Source of the DNA: Trichoplax adhaerens
Taxonomy: Eukaryota; Animalia; Placozoa
Reading direction: 5' to 3'
Assembly (NCBI RefSeq): GCF_000150275.1
Contig: NW_002060944.1
Location: forward strand, 9,636,556-9,700,555
DNA: 64,000 nucleotides
The notes under the pieces were generated by a model, which was not told where the DNA came from, made no database searches, and saw nothing but the letters and a program-made list of their open reading frames with translations. Positions 18,141 through 31,559 of this stretch are shown one piece after another. The translations under genes and the position numbers were made by a program. Each line of letters begins with the position of its first letter. Positions within the stretch are counted from its first letter, which is position 1.

Positions 18141-19128
18141 CAGCCTACTCTCATTGCCATTACAAAATTCTCCATCGGCAACGTTCATCACTTAAATTGT
18201 TAAAATCGGAGAACTTTCTGTAGAAATTGATGAACGCCTAGGCCAAAATTATTGTCATTAAATTATAATGTATCTCCATCTAATTTGTCTACTCCTTTGT
18301 AGAATTTTGATCTCCAGTCATTGATACTAAATCCAACAATGACATCATACAAATTGGTTAACATCTTCCAACATGGCGCAATGCCTTCACTACAATTATC
18401 TATTAATTATCAAGTCGATAGAAGGCTGTCACCAAATACATATGTATGTATTCTTCTCTTGACAAAGGTACACAGGAGATATTTCAGGGTTTTATTCTAT
18501 CTCAAACTACTTATCAAGATTAATTTTCAGTAACAATTATGAACCTTTTCCTTTAAGCTTCATGGTGGAAACGATATAGACCTTCTCCTTACCCATTAAT
18601 AGCAAAATAGCGAAGTCTCTTTATTGTAAAAGTAGTTCACTTTAATACTTTCTATCTCCATTCACGAGTAGCAGCAGAGTATTTATATATACATGCATGG
18701 AAATTAGTACGAAGAAAGAATATGCCTGTCGTATATTGTTAGACCTAAATTTGCACCACATTATGCTCTATTTTAAAATGCGTTAGAACGCGCATACAAC
18801 ACGATGTAGTCATGATCAAAACACGATCTGACCTTTGAGCTCTCTTGTAATTTAGGTATCTAACTAATTTACTTCCCCTTACTGAAAATGAATTAGTTTT
18901 AAATTCTATAACCTAACGACAAGCTATCAACCGTATAACTATCATTACAAAATATTTATTCTTTATGCTATTCTTTTAACCCCACGACAGAGAAATTAAT
19001 GAATTTGAATCTTTCGTCATTATGTCAATAGCTGCTTTTCATATATCTTATTTTTACTTCAAAACCATAACATTGGAAGTAAAATTGGTTGCAATAAGTT
19101 TAAAGATCTCAAAACATTGCTTTGCTAG

Positions 19129-19350
19129 CTCTACTCAGGTACTCTATTGACACAGATTATTTATTAACTTTCAAGATCTAATGAAAATGTATGAGCCATG
19201 GAATAGTTAGATTCGATTTTTTAATTAAAATAATAATAACAGTAATTAGAAGTCTATTCAGATACTCTATTGACATAGATTATTTATTAGCTTTCAAGGT
19301 CTAAATGAAAATTTATGAGCCATTCAACAATTAGGCTCGATATTTTAATA
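19129..19350. repeat. Two-copy tandem duplication, about 123-bp unit
   Basis: tcta[c/t]tcag[g/a]tactctattgaca[c/t]agattatttatta..tttcaag.tcta.atgaaaat.tatgagccat begins at about 19130 and again at about 19253. Confidence 0.85.
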
Positions 19351-22300
19351 AAATGAAAGCAATAGTGTTTAGGATTCCAGACAATACGAGTAATATACAT
19401 CAAGTATCACGAGTTAGGTATTCTGCCAGTATATGATATTGTTATCAGTGATACATAATTATATTTAATGTATTTTAGTAACATTTGATCTACTTATTTA
19501 GACCTTTAATTCTAACACCACAACTATCGGTGCTCAGTAAGATGTGATATGGATAAATCTTATTATAATAACCTATTATAATCTAAATATTGCCTAATAA
19601 TCTTGCCCTAGCTTCTTCAGCGCTACAATCATTGACGTTGGGCTTACGCTGGATTATTAATTGGCAATTATAAGTATCTTTGTTATAGATACAGAACTGT
19701 CTGCTATTGCAGCTGCAAGTACTTAAACTTATAACAAGAGATCATTTCATCGTAGTTATCTACATTCATGATATTTAATTTAAGAGATATACTAATTGAT
19801 ATTAGCCATAAAAGAATCTTGATCTACTTGGCCATATCCAATTTAGATTTATAATTATAGTCTATCAATGAAGTATAGTAGTTCACAGTATCTCAAGTTG
19901 CTCACTTTTTACCGAAGTCCTACAAAATGTTTTTATAATACGTTGTTAGGAGGTCCGGTAAAGCACAACAAACAAATACCTATGTCAATAGATAATAATT
20001 TTTAGTAACAGTCTAACACTATCTACTTTTACTGGCATGCGAGCGTTGAAAGGAGTTAAATCATCGAAAAACTGCTAGGTAATATCTTTTCTATATTCCT
20101 TGGTTGGCTAAAATTCTATCTTTGTCTCGTCTAGAGATTGCATGGACTGGCCTATATTTAATATACCGCATTCCTGAACTAAGATATAATCATTAAAGTC
20201 TTAAGATTATTTTAGTAGGAATAAAGAAGGCTAATAAAGGATTCGAATCTTATTTTTGCAGCCTTAATTACTTCCTTAGTCATGCTTTTAATCATGTCAT
20301 TTGCTAATATTGATTTAACAGCAATACATATAATATACTTATCATAAAATAAGTACTGCTATATTACAATAGTTCCATCAGCTTAGTAGAAATGCGCGAT
20401 ACCCTACATTTTATGAGTTTAACTTAAAATTAATGATAAAAAGAACTGTGCTAGTTAATCTTCAACTGCAATAGGTATTTAATGCAACAATGATAGTATC
20501 TGCATAACTAAATAAGGAAGGACGATGTGTTATTACGGATCAAAGGACCGATTTCAATACTGTAAAATCTTTGAACTACAATACATTTGAGGATCTTTAT
20601 TATTAGTCAAATAATAAATATTGTTACATTTTTAATGAGAGTAATTCAATAAACAATATGTAAAGAGTAGAGAGAAACATGAATGAATTTTTATGTATAA
20701 ATTGTACATAATGGCTAATGATAAAAATTGATCACATCACGACTAAAAGAGATATAAAACATAGCCTAGGTACAATCGACTAAAGTCTTCCGAGGACCTA
20801 CGGCTATTTCTTTCTATATCAACCTATACAGTCAATATTACCAATTAATGCAGACTTATTTCGATGCAAAAGTTTGTTGCCAAACTATAGCCTGGAAATT
20901 GTTTTAAAACGGCAGTTATTGGCATCTTAGGAGGTGTAAATGAATGAATATTGAGCCTTAATCATTTTAATGTCAACTATTGTTTACGATTGACCTGCAA
21001 ATGTCTTGAATCGATGACATCAATTTAAATCTTAATCACTATATAATACCGGAAATAACAGTAAAGACATCTGTACTAAAAATGCAAGTAAACTAAAAGG
21101 CTGACTGTTCAAGTAGGTTAAAATAAAGATATGTGAATAATTACGTTCCTAGTAATGCACTTTATGAGTATCGTCATCGATCGGCTATCAAGATAATGAG
21201 CCATGGAATCAATGATTTACATATGCCAATTAAACAAACAAATATCTAAACTGCCTCTTCTACTTCAGGCCTCATGTTAGCTTATTTTAATTGACTATGT
21301 CTTGACCAAATGAATTATTTATAATACTCTTTCAATCTATGTCAATATGTTGAATATCGTCATGTTGAATCAGCTGTATGTATTTGTATACCTATTACAC
21401 GTAAACTAATCATAATCCTGGACGAAAATCATAAAGACATTGTTGTTAACTGATAATAAATTATATGAAACGTGAAAATGAATATTCTACTTAATAGATA
21501 CAATACCGAAATAAAACATTGCAAATAAAATTTCTATGGTACTGTACTTTAACTTCAGGTTGCTCAGTTCTCTGTTACTCAATACATGGAACTAAAATTT
21601 GAATGCATTATGAAAAGCTTCTTTACTTGCAGCTCAATGCAAAGAAAATATTTCTCGAATACTTATACGATAACAAAGTCTACCTTCACTATAGCTCAAA
21701 GATAACGCGACAGTAGATTTATCAAATACCAATAAGCAGAACGTAAAGTTGGTTGTTTATACATTACGTTTTATCAAGATTGAACACTTGGGAATTAATA
21801 AAATGTATCTTTAATTTAATTTCAGTGGGAGCACATCGAGTTTTATCATCGCTCATCGTATAATTATGATAAATTGCGAAAATAGCATTATTGATCCCAA
21901 ATTTAAGCCTATTATTTAGGAACATCTTAATAACAAATAACCTCATACAATACGCGCATGTAAATTATCAACAGCAATAAATAGAAGCCTAAAATAAATT
22001 TACAGTCCGCTAAGGTGATATTAAAAATACTAACGTATATCAAAAGATCTAATTAAAACGTCTGCACTTCATTACAGTAATTACAATGATTCGAGCTGTC
22101 ATAGTTAAGTAAAGAAATAGTCGCCAATAAAAATCACGTTAAACACCTTTCCAATTAATACAGTAATAATTTTAAATTCAATCTCTTTTGAATATAATGC
22201 TAACATATACATGCGTATTAACAGTAAATGAATGATACAAAAGACAGATCTAAAAAGACCTTCTAATTCACTCATGCCATAATTTATGGGCTACAATTAG

Positions 22301-22652
22301 TATGTATCTATATTGCTACTATCTACGGTAAATAACAGCGAGTACATTACACCGTAGCAATGTTATCGATAATATATTTACGTTTTTGAAAGGAATCATA
22401 TAAAAATATTTGATATGTGTCTGTATAATAAACACTGAGCTATAACGGACTACATAAAACTAATACCTCAATCTACCTTTCTTAGTGAGAATAGAACGAA
22501 AACTGGTTTTATAGCATTAGCATATTTAAATGGTCAAAATAAAATAGACTCTTTTTCTCTCCGTCTGATAAAACATTTCTATATATGTATATAAAATACA
22601 GATATCAAACTGAATCATAGCCATGACTAATCTAAAGATACTAGGAATATGC

Positions 22653-24559
22653 TTATTTTTTAGATTCAAATCTTTTCTTAGCCACTAATTGTCTGTAGGC
22701 TAAGATAGCCTTACTACGTTCGGCTAGGATACTTTGCTTTTCTGTAGTTGTCATATCCCGAAACTTTTTCTTTTTCCAATCGGCACCTCGATCATTCTCT
22801 TCTTTATTGTCGTAATCAACTTTTTTATCCTTTGATAGCAGCTTGTCAAGTAATAAATTGCTGGCAACCTGTAAGACGAGCAAAATTATATCTTTAATTG
22901 CTAACATAATACGCATCGTTAGATAGTAATGCAAGGATGAATCGTACAGCTTTTTCGACGCTTTTCCTAGGTTTTGCCGTTATTCTAGGAGGTTGTTGTA
23001 CGACTTCACCAAATTTAATCTCGTCTGATTTAAATTGAAATCCAATATTGTGATATAACTCTTATCCACATTGTATGCGGTATTATGTATACTATAAATC
23101 TTGTTAGATTACCTTTTAGTTCTTTAAATTCGTCATGTTTATCATCTTTTTTCTTTCTATTTTTTTCCTTTAATTTTTCTCTACGCACTTTTAGATACCT
23201 GAGTTTAATTGTAGTAATGAAATTCTTTTTCATTCATTTTAAAGGTATAAATTCATGGTACGTATAAAAATGATCTTGCTGCGATTGTATGATGATGACT
23301 ACATCGCAAATACACTGACTATACGATCAGAACTATACTCTGCGTATAACGAAATCAGATCAAGCGGCCAGTCTACAGGCACTTATAAATCTGATCATAA
23401 AACTTTTGCAAATATACTACATTTGTCCATCTAACACACGAATAAACTTTAAGTTATTATATTTACTGCATCTCGAGTTAAGTACAATACCATCCCATTC
23501 AAATTGCATAGCGTACACAAAGATAACCCTTTGACGCTAAAGTGTATTATGTATAAGCTCAAATCGACAGACATACTCTCTCCTTTTTGCTCTAATTTCT
23601 TTTAAATCTTTCATTTGTTCCGTTACAATTTCATTTGCTTCGCGATCTATGCGATCATAGAATTTTTTCATGCTTTCATGAGGCTGTTTGGAAGCAAAAT
23701 GGGGTTTGGGTTTCGATTTGTTAGATACTTTAGTCGTAGGACCTAAGTCATAAGATCGTAATTTAGTAATGATATGACTATTATATTGTCGTTATTTTTC
23801 ACGATTCTAGTTAATTTGCTAATGCTAATAAAGTTGAACTGGACCTGTGAAAAATACGAAGTGATCCAATACAATTTTACATAATAGCCCTAAGCCGTAG
23901 CACGCAGTAACTTACAACATATAATGTAATACGCCAAAGATTACTCGCACACTGCAACAATACTATAGAGCACTATCAACAAATAGAAATAGTAGAGCAA
24001 CGGTGTATCCCATTATAAGTCTCTTGTAATTATTAATAAAGCTATTTACTTTTACGAGGTCGAGGTTTCCTTTTTCTGTTTTCATTAGACTCTGGATTGT
24101 TCTTAAATTTTCTTTTAGGATGAGCGCCCTGTCTCTTGTCATTCGCTTTAGCCGCTGATGGTGGACGATCATAAGTATCGCTTAATGAATGAAGACAAAA
24201 TTTCGATTACTATAAGTAATGAGGTGATTTTTTACACAGTGTTTGCAATTATGAACAGAATCTATAGGCAGTTCAGCAGTCATTTCTTTAAACTTACGAA
24301 GAAATGATAGTCAATATCAGCGTACACTTAAATGCATACATGACTACAGTACTGTATGAGGTCCTATAGATTATTTATACATGTACAGTATAGTACTGTA
24401 TATTACAAGGCCAAAAACATGATTGCTATCTTATAGCTGTTTTAATATTCCCTTTACTGCAAAATGATCTTTTTACCCTTTGCTATCTGCTTTTCTTGGT
24501 CCTCGATAGAAAGGATCGATGCTCTTTACTTTGCGAAATTTTTTTGCTGATTTCCCCAT
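22653..24559 (-). CDS. CCDC137: Coiled-coil domain-containing protein 137 (basic nucleolar protein), 6 coding exons
   Basis: MGKSAKKFRKVKSIDPFYRGPR...FASKQPHESMKKFYDRIDREANE...YLKVRREKLKEKNRKKK...DEIKFGEVVQQPPRITAKPRKS...QSILAERSKAILAYRQL. The DxxKFGEVVxQPPxxTAxP motif and C-terminal ERxxAxxAYR motif are characteristic of CCDC137. All junctions are GT-AG and in phase. Confidence 0.85.
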
Positions 24560-25954
24560 AGAGTGAAAATTATCCCGATAACGCTATAGAAAATACATAA
24601 GAAGAAACCATGGTTAAAGTTATCTGCATAAGCTTTAACTTTCTATTGCTGTTGATACAACAGTTACCTAGAACGCGGAACTAAGAGTGATAATAGACTA
24701 CGAAACCGAAGGATGGCTTCGGAATTACATGTTTTAAATCATACTACCAATCGATGATTGTTACTACGAATAAGATTAGTCATCAATGCTAATAGTCATA
24801 GAGTTATATCACTAACATGAAATAGTAGTAAAATGCAATGCATTGATGAAAAATAGTAAAATGATATACTATACCCATCGTGGTACATTTCCAATACGAG
24901 CATGTGCTCACTGTAGCAAGTTAGTTTAGAGTGAGAGGACTAGAACTGCTAATAGACTATTTGAGAGTAGATAGCTTGCACTTTGCATGGTTTAATAGCA
25001 TCAATCGATGCTCATTACTAGCTTACTTACTCGCTAACAACTTATATGATACTAAATTTCAATAATCAGTTTGTGAGTCTATCTAAAGTTTGATTTGTCA
25101 AGCTGCTACTATTTCCAAAGTCATAAATGAATTTGAATCAGCCGGTGAGCGTCACAAATATGATCTAATATTATGATGGTAAGATTTAGTAGGTATAGCA
25201 GTATGATGTATCATGCTACTTAAAAATTGAACTGAAGTAGCATTTATTTCAGATACCATTGCTGCCACAATAAATACAAGAAGTGGATGAAACGTAGGCT
25301 TGCCTGGACAAGTGGACATCCTTGAATATCAACAGTAATGATGACTAAAATGTTGTCTACTGTCGATTGCAATCATCCAGGTATTGAAATGATCATTTCA
25401 TGCATACTCGTATGTGCTCCTATCCTAACGACTAACATTACCGCTGAAGCAATTTCCTATCGCACACTTGTGTAAATTACATTTGGCGGGTATCAGAGGA
25501 CTACAGGAGATTCATGCTATTCGCCATGCTGCATACTAGCCTCCATCCTTCATTGAATGTCATGATCAATATCAAAATAGATCAAAATGCCGGCAAGAAA
25601 GCAGCTTGCCATTTGACCTCATGCAAAGCAGCATTACAGCTCCTGCAAGCCGTAAACTAAGACATTGCACCGACATACATCTAACAAGGTCATAGTAAGA
25701 AAATTCAAGAATTGAACCAGTTGTAAAAGTACATTAAGGATATATGCTGCTTACTTGAGAAATCTTTCTTTTCAGGTAGCTGGAGGCGATCAGAATGCTG
25801 CACAACTGGAGCAGCTCGTCTGTTGGAGCTCAGGCTTAAGTGAATATGTTGGCTACTCTGTGTCTGTATTAGTCCACTCGATCCTATACTGTACGTTATG
25901 CCCTTATCGCTGACTGGGTGGGCGTCAAAAATTACAGTGCCTCCAGAATAAGAA

Positions 25955-26090
25955 GTATCGTACACTGTACACTGTACATTGTACACTGTACTGTACGTTT
26001 TCAGTACAGTACAGTACTGTACACTGTACTGTACATACAGTACTTTACAATATATTGTACTTTACTTTACAGTGTACAGTACTGTAGCTG
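25955..26090. repeat. Dense cluster of TACAGTA/TACTGTA/TACACTG heptamer-like words
   Basis: tacactgtacactgtacattgtacactgtactgtac...cagtacagtacagtactgtacactgtactgtacatacagtac...tacagtgtacagtactgtag; the word occurs in both orientations. Confidence 0.85.
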
Positions 26091-26864
26091 GCGAGCTTAC
26101 TTCTGACATCTCGTTGCTATGGTATGTTCTTATCAGTCCGCAGGATAACATACTATAGCTTATACCTGCAGCATCGGCTGTAAGTGTCTATCGATTTGCT
26201 ATGGTTTGCTGATATTGTTACTCGATCTTCCTCAGGTCTCCTCAACTTCATAGTCTGCCTTATGGTTAAAAGAGACAGTGCTTGCTGTAACTAGCGATGG
26301 ACTAAACCTTATTTTGATATGATGTGTCTTTAGCAGTCTGCTCGTTTTGATAATGTTTCGTTTAATTAAGCTATGCCAGGGATTTGTTCGAGTTTTCTTC
26401 TTAAAAGTCCTAAACTCTGCGTGCATAGTATGGCTGCGCTGAGCTGCTTTAGTCGATCGGGTCTTACCATTGCCACATCCAATATAATTCATGTGCCTCA
26501 TTTCCCTTTTTATACAAACTCTATTTTCTTACAGCTTGTTTGGTCACTCTGATTTACCCTGTCTGCCACAGTGTACAGTATTTCACAGTACAGTCTATAT
26601 ACTGTAATCGACAGTTCTATGGACTGTACGCCAGCCTATGCAATGGATTGGAGACCCTACCGAACAGTCGATTGGACTCAGTAGTAAACTACAGTATAGT
26701 CAACTCTGCTGAGTCATCGGCTGCAGGCAGAATAGGGTTGCATCGATGCAGCCAAGAGCAATCGACGTTGGTTGGCTATGCTAGCAGGCCAAATTAGAAT
26801 AATAATCGTTCTAATATTAATTAGCATTGGATTGCTGAAGAAATAACGTTAAAGAATCGTCAAA

Positions 26865-28882
26865 ATGGCCGATGTTCCAACCAATGCACCTATAGGTTAA
26901 AATTCTATCTGTAATCATGTAGGATCGTATTATGAGTAGAAGAATTTGTCATGCACTTTTGAGTTGCTAACTTCTGCTACAATGCTCGGGCAGTCATTGC
27001 AGATTTGCAATCTTTTACAAGACAGGATGTACTAGAAGTAGGTTATGCTTTCATTGATAAACCTTGAATGATACCTTTTCTACGTATAGAATGCCCCGGT
27101 ACTCAGAGCCAACAAGCTGGTAAAGTTTCTGCATGCAATGGTTGTGCAAATCAACAGCTATGTGCTTCGGGAGCTTCATTACCTCCTGATCCAGGTATCA
27201 ATGCTTACACGTAGTTTTGCTATTGCCATGGATATCTGGTGACGAGGGATCGTTTAATAAATGTTTAAATCCTCTATTCGACAGCCATTGAAATTATTAA
27301 ACAGCGCTTACAGACAGTAAAACACAAGTTACTAATACTATCTGGTAAGGGTGGAGTGGGTAAGAGCTCTTTTACTGCACATTTAGCACGTGGTTTAGCC
27401 ACCAATGAAGATGAAGATGTAAGTGCTAGTGCAGTATTGCCTTATGCCTGTTTGTTGTTTTTGCTACCAAATTTCTACGAGTATATATCGAATCGTCAGT
27501 TTATCCTTCTCTCTCGATACAATAATGGCTTAGATTGCTATCCTTGATATTGATTTATGCGGTCCGTCTATACCAAGAATAATGGGAGTGGAAGGACACC
27601 AGGTAAAAATAAACCTGCTTATGTACAATTTGGGTCCATGTATGCAATGATCAAAAATTTAACATAGTCTTACTGGATGGGTTTTACTCGTTAAACTTTA
27701 ACTCGTATACACATTGATAGGTGTTTCAAAGTATGTCTGGTTGGTCACCTGTGGTAAGAGAATGGTCATGTCATGTTGCAGTCAATAATTATTAATTAAT
27801 CTATCACTTGATGAACAATTTTATTCATAATAATCTATCCATTAACTTGCAGTTTGTCGAAGATAACCTATCCATCATGTCAATCGGATTTCTCCTATCT
27901 GGCCCAGCTGATGCCGTTATTTGGAGAGGTCCAAAAAAAAATGGTAGAACTGACCGTATTGAATTTGAAATGTTGAAAACTTTTAAAATAATTGTAAAAA
28001 TTTCCATTCATATCTAGGTTTAATTAAGCAGTTTTTGAGAGATGTAAACTGGGGAGAATTAGATTATTTACTGATTGATACGCCGCCGGGAACCTCGGAT
28101 GAACATATCTCAATTGCACAATATCTAAAAGGTGCTGGTGTTGATGGTGCTATTGTAATAACCACACCTCAGGTAGAATATTACGATCGTATCACATACT
28201 CTAGCGTAAGGCTATTTCAATAATGCAATTCAAAGTAGCTCACCTGCTGCATACTGCTTTTAGGAAGTAGCTCTTCTTGACGTTCGTAAGGAAATAAGTT
28301 TTTGTAAAAAAGTTGGTATTCCAGTTCTTGGTGTTGTAGAAAATATGAGCGGCTTTATATGTCCAAAATGCAAGGCAAGATGAATGTTTTGGTAGCGAAT
28401 GATTTAAAATTGCGTTTCAATGCTAACCCAAATGTTGATTTAGCACAATTGAACATACTATTTACAGACGGAGTCGCAGATATTTCCCCCTACAACGGGT
28501 GGTGGACGGCAAATGGCAATAGATATGGATGTCCCATTTATTGGTAAAATTCCGTTGGATCCAAGAATAGGTTATTAAAATAATCCTATTATATACTTTA
28601 CCTAAAAACTTTTCGGTACCAGACCCTTTCGTCAAATCTAAATTGATCTTGTAATTCACTCTTAGGCAAATGTTGCGATGAAGGAATATCCTACTTTTCC
28701 GAAGTCCCTGATTCACCCGCTACTAAGGCCTACAAAAATATTATTGAAGGTCAGAATCAACATTTTACTAAATTCTAATGCGCGATACCTCTTTTCCTTA
28801 CGTTAGTCCGCTTTTCTTTTTAGAAATTCGAAAATTTTGTGCTAGTAAACCTGCAAATGACGCCTCTGAAGTAGAAAACTGA
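26865..28882 (+). CDS. NUBP1: Cytosolic Fe-S cluster assembly factor NUBP1/Nbp35 (Mrp/MinD P-loop NTPase), 11 exons
   Basis: N-terminal Cys cluster [25 protein letters not shown], which distinguishes NUBP1 from NUBP2. Also deviant Walker [73 protein letters not shown] and [10 protein letters not shown]. Stop TGA at 28880-28882. Confidence 0.97.
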
Positions 28883-29331
28883 TTAGCAATCACTTCTAAA
28901 ACCTGCATATTGTAATTGTTGATATTTTTTAAACTTTTATCACATGATTAATTGTTGAGAAAAAATTTTATGCTTAATCCAATTATTTAATTGAACACTC
29001 GTATATTGACTACATAACAATGATGATGCATACAAACAAATTCATCCTTGAAGAAGATTCCATGTGTAATTTCTGTCATTTATGTTCAAACAGGAAAGCT
29101 GACATATCTACGTAATTACTATAATTAACATTTTCATTTGCTAAGAGATACTAAGTTTATAAAGATGGTACTGTTTATTGAAAGATATAAATATCACTTT
29201 TTGGATTTTCAAATGTATAGATTATTTTACGGCGTTTTAGATTGTTTCAGCCTGATGATTGAACGTTCAATAAGTTTTGAACAAATAATTATTTTAACAA
29301 ATTAATCAGCTTATTCAAATTTTCTGTTATG

Positions 29332-30297
29332 CAAACTCCATTGTTTTAGATAAGTTCGTATCGATATCATTCAAGTCACTCCAAAAATGTGACAAAATAA
29401 AATTATTATATAAAATTTGTGCTGTAATTGTCAGCAGATTAATAGGAATCAAGTATTACGGATGAAAATTGCGTTTAATCAACTATAATTATGTGGCACC
29501 TGCCAGTGTAAATTATATTATTGATACTATACGTGTATTATCTATAAATGTACGGGTAAGAAACTCTAGCATGATTAAAAGAAAGAACTTAGGATCTGCT
29601 AATTAATTCGAAATTTGTGACGTTTATAGCTTTGTACGATTCATAACGGTAGTTATTTCAGTTAGATCATTTTTGATTTAAGTTATCATCCTTTTTCTAA
29701 CGCTAATTTGTTGAAAATATTAGATCATATTCGAGGTTAAACTAATTTACGGTCATGCTTTTAATTATGATAATAATTTCTAATACAACTTTGAATTTAA
29801 AAAATTGGTAACTTTCCAGCTTGGATTACAAGGATTAGATTACAATCCTATTTCAATTTACAAAGGCTTTTAATAACTCAAGATTATTAACTGCTGTAAA
29901 TCGAACATTGACTTGACCCTTTATTTTGCCAGACTGGTAACAAATTGATCATCGCAAGTTTAAATTGTTTCCCACATTAATAGATCTGTGATTAGAAACA
30001 AGAATATAATAATACATGGCTTAAATATTTACAACATTATGCTTGATCATTTAATAAATATTTGTCCATAGTTTCTGTGATAAATAAATCAAGATAAATA
30101 ATGTATACGTGTACAGTTACAAAAATAGGCTGTAGTTCAATCCTCGATAATGGCTTAACCCATAACTGGGCAATAAGTAATCAATTTTTTAGTAGACCTT
30201 GTGTTACAAATCTAATTTACTAAAGTCTTCCATTATCTTTTGCATAAGTAAACTATCGCAACCAGTCCTAATGTTTTAACGCGCGAATCGGGTCGTA
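29332..30297. repeat. Duplicated block X, copy 1 (paralogous to 40538-41512)
   Basis: Collinear same-strand similarity over about 1 kb, e.g. ttttagataagttcgtatc, ggtcatgcttttaattatgataataatttctaata, tttttagtagaccttgtgttacaaatctaatt. Confidence 0.9.
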
Positions 30298-30367
30298 GTC
30301 TATCCTACGAAATGAGATTTTCGTTTATGATTTTAATACGGTTCCCTAATTGGACCGTTATTAATTC

Positions 30368-31400
30368 ATAGGATCTTGTATGGATATCTACTTGTATTCT
30401 TGTAGTGTACAAAATCAACAGTACTGTGTAGAGGAGAATGGAGATCCTTTGCAATGTTGCATCATCTGATGAAATTTATTACAAAGTCAGAGTTTACTGC
30501 ATTAAACTCGCATTTGCACTAAGTCATCTATGTTGATATAGATCCAATATCCCTACAGCCTACTCAATATAACCTTGCCAGCAGAAGTATGTGACTTCTG
30601 TTTAGCTTAGTAGTGTTGTACCTATAAATCGTGACAAGTAGAGAAATCCTTCTAGGCGAATGTGTATCTGATACAGTATCCATCATACTTTGGCGTGAAC
30701 CGGTGAACGATCCCTTGACTATCTCAACAATTGCTTCCTGAAATGAACAAGGTAGACTAAAATAATCATGATTTTACCGACAAACCTTTGGTACATAGGC
30801 ATATCTGCAAGCTAACTTGCCCTTTGAATGGAAGAATGCAGTTGCATTGGCCATTTTATCTCCTCTTAAAGTAGCCAACACATAATGCTATTGGCTTGAT
30901 TTTAGCAACAATATCACAAAGTTGCCGACAATATGATGATAAAATAGCAGCTTGTGATTGTTATATATAGATGCAGTACTATATCTACTTATTAGTATTT
31001 ACGATATAGAGTACTTAGATTGTGGAATCACTTAAATTAATAGACTATAATTTCGCTGTATATTCTTATAAATATATATATTTCTACTTAAACGTGTTTT
31101 ACACACACATTAATCGTACCATATATAAAGTAATTTGGGAAATGTATAAATAAATGATTCTGATTAATCAATTAACGATTCTTAATTAAATCTACTACCA
31201 ATTACCACGAACATAAGAGTAATCCATTTAGATTAGATCAAAAATCTCTGTTAACTTAATGAATAGCCCACTCTACATTTAGTGAAGGAGAGGGGTAGTT
31301 AATATGTCATCTCGCTGGCTTAAGGCCAATTTGATGAGTTGCTGTCGAAAGTCGATAGAAAGACTGCCGGCTGCTGGCCTTGAAATTGGGATCCACTACT
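30368..31400 (-). pseudogene. Copy A of a small spliced orphan gene family, apparently decayed
   Basis: Homologous to 43290-43935 and 42507-42662. A 34-nt ATG segment at 30821-30854 (MANATAFFHSK) is followed by a gcaagt donor; the downstream exon GILDLYQHR* has an in-frame TGA. Confidence 0.5.
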
Positions 31401-31559
31401 GAATTATATTACTTCAATATCTTAAACTAAATACAGCTTGGTTCATCAACTGTTGGACGATATCATTAATAGCTGAACCTTCTATAATAAGGCTGTGCTG
31501 TAAGTTTAGCATCTAACACGTGCTATACAATAAATGGAGAGTTTATAAAGCTTGCAACG

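Noticed and set aside
25705-26501. ORFs of 93, 62 and 89 aa around the TACAGT cluster
   Set aside because: Two run through the low-complexity repeat itself, and none shows recognisable homology or exon-like context.
30640-30740. TGT TGA (possible Cys-Sec) in one frame of orphan copy A
   Set aside because: The same frame soon hits TAG, no SECIS was recognised, and substitutions between copies favour a different frame.
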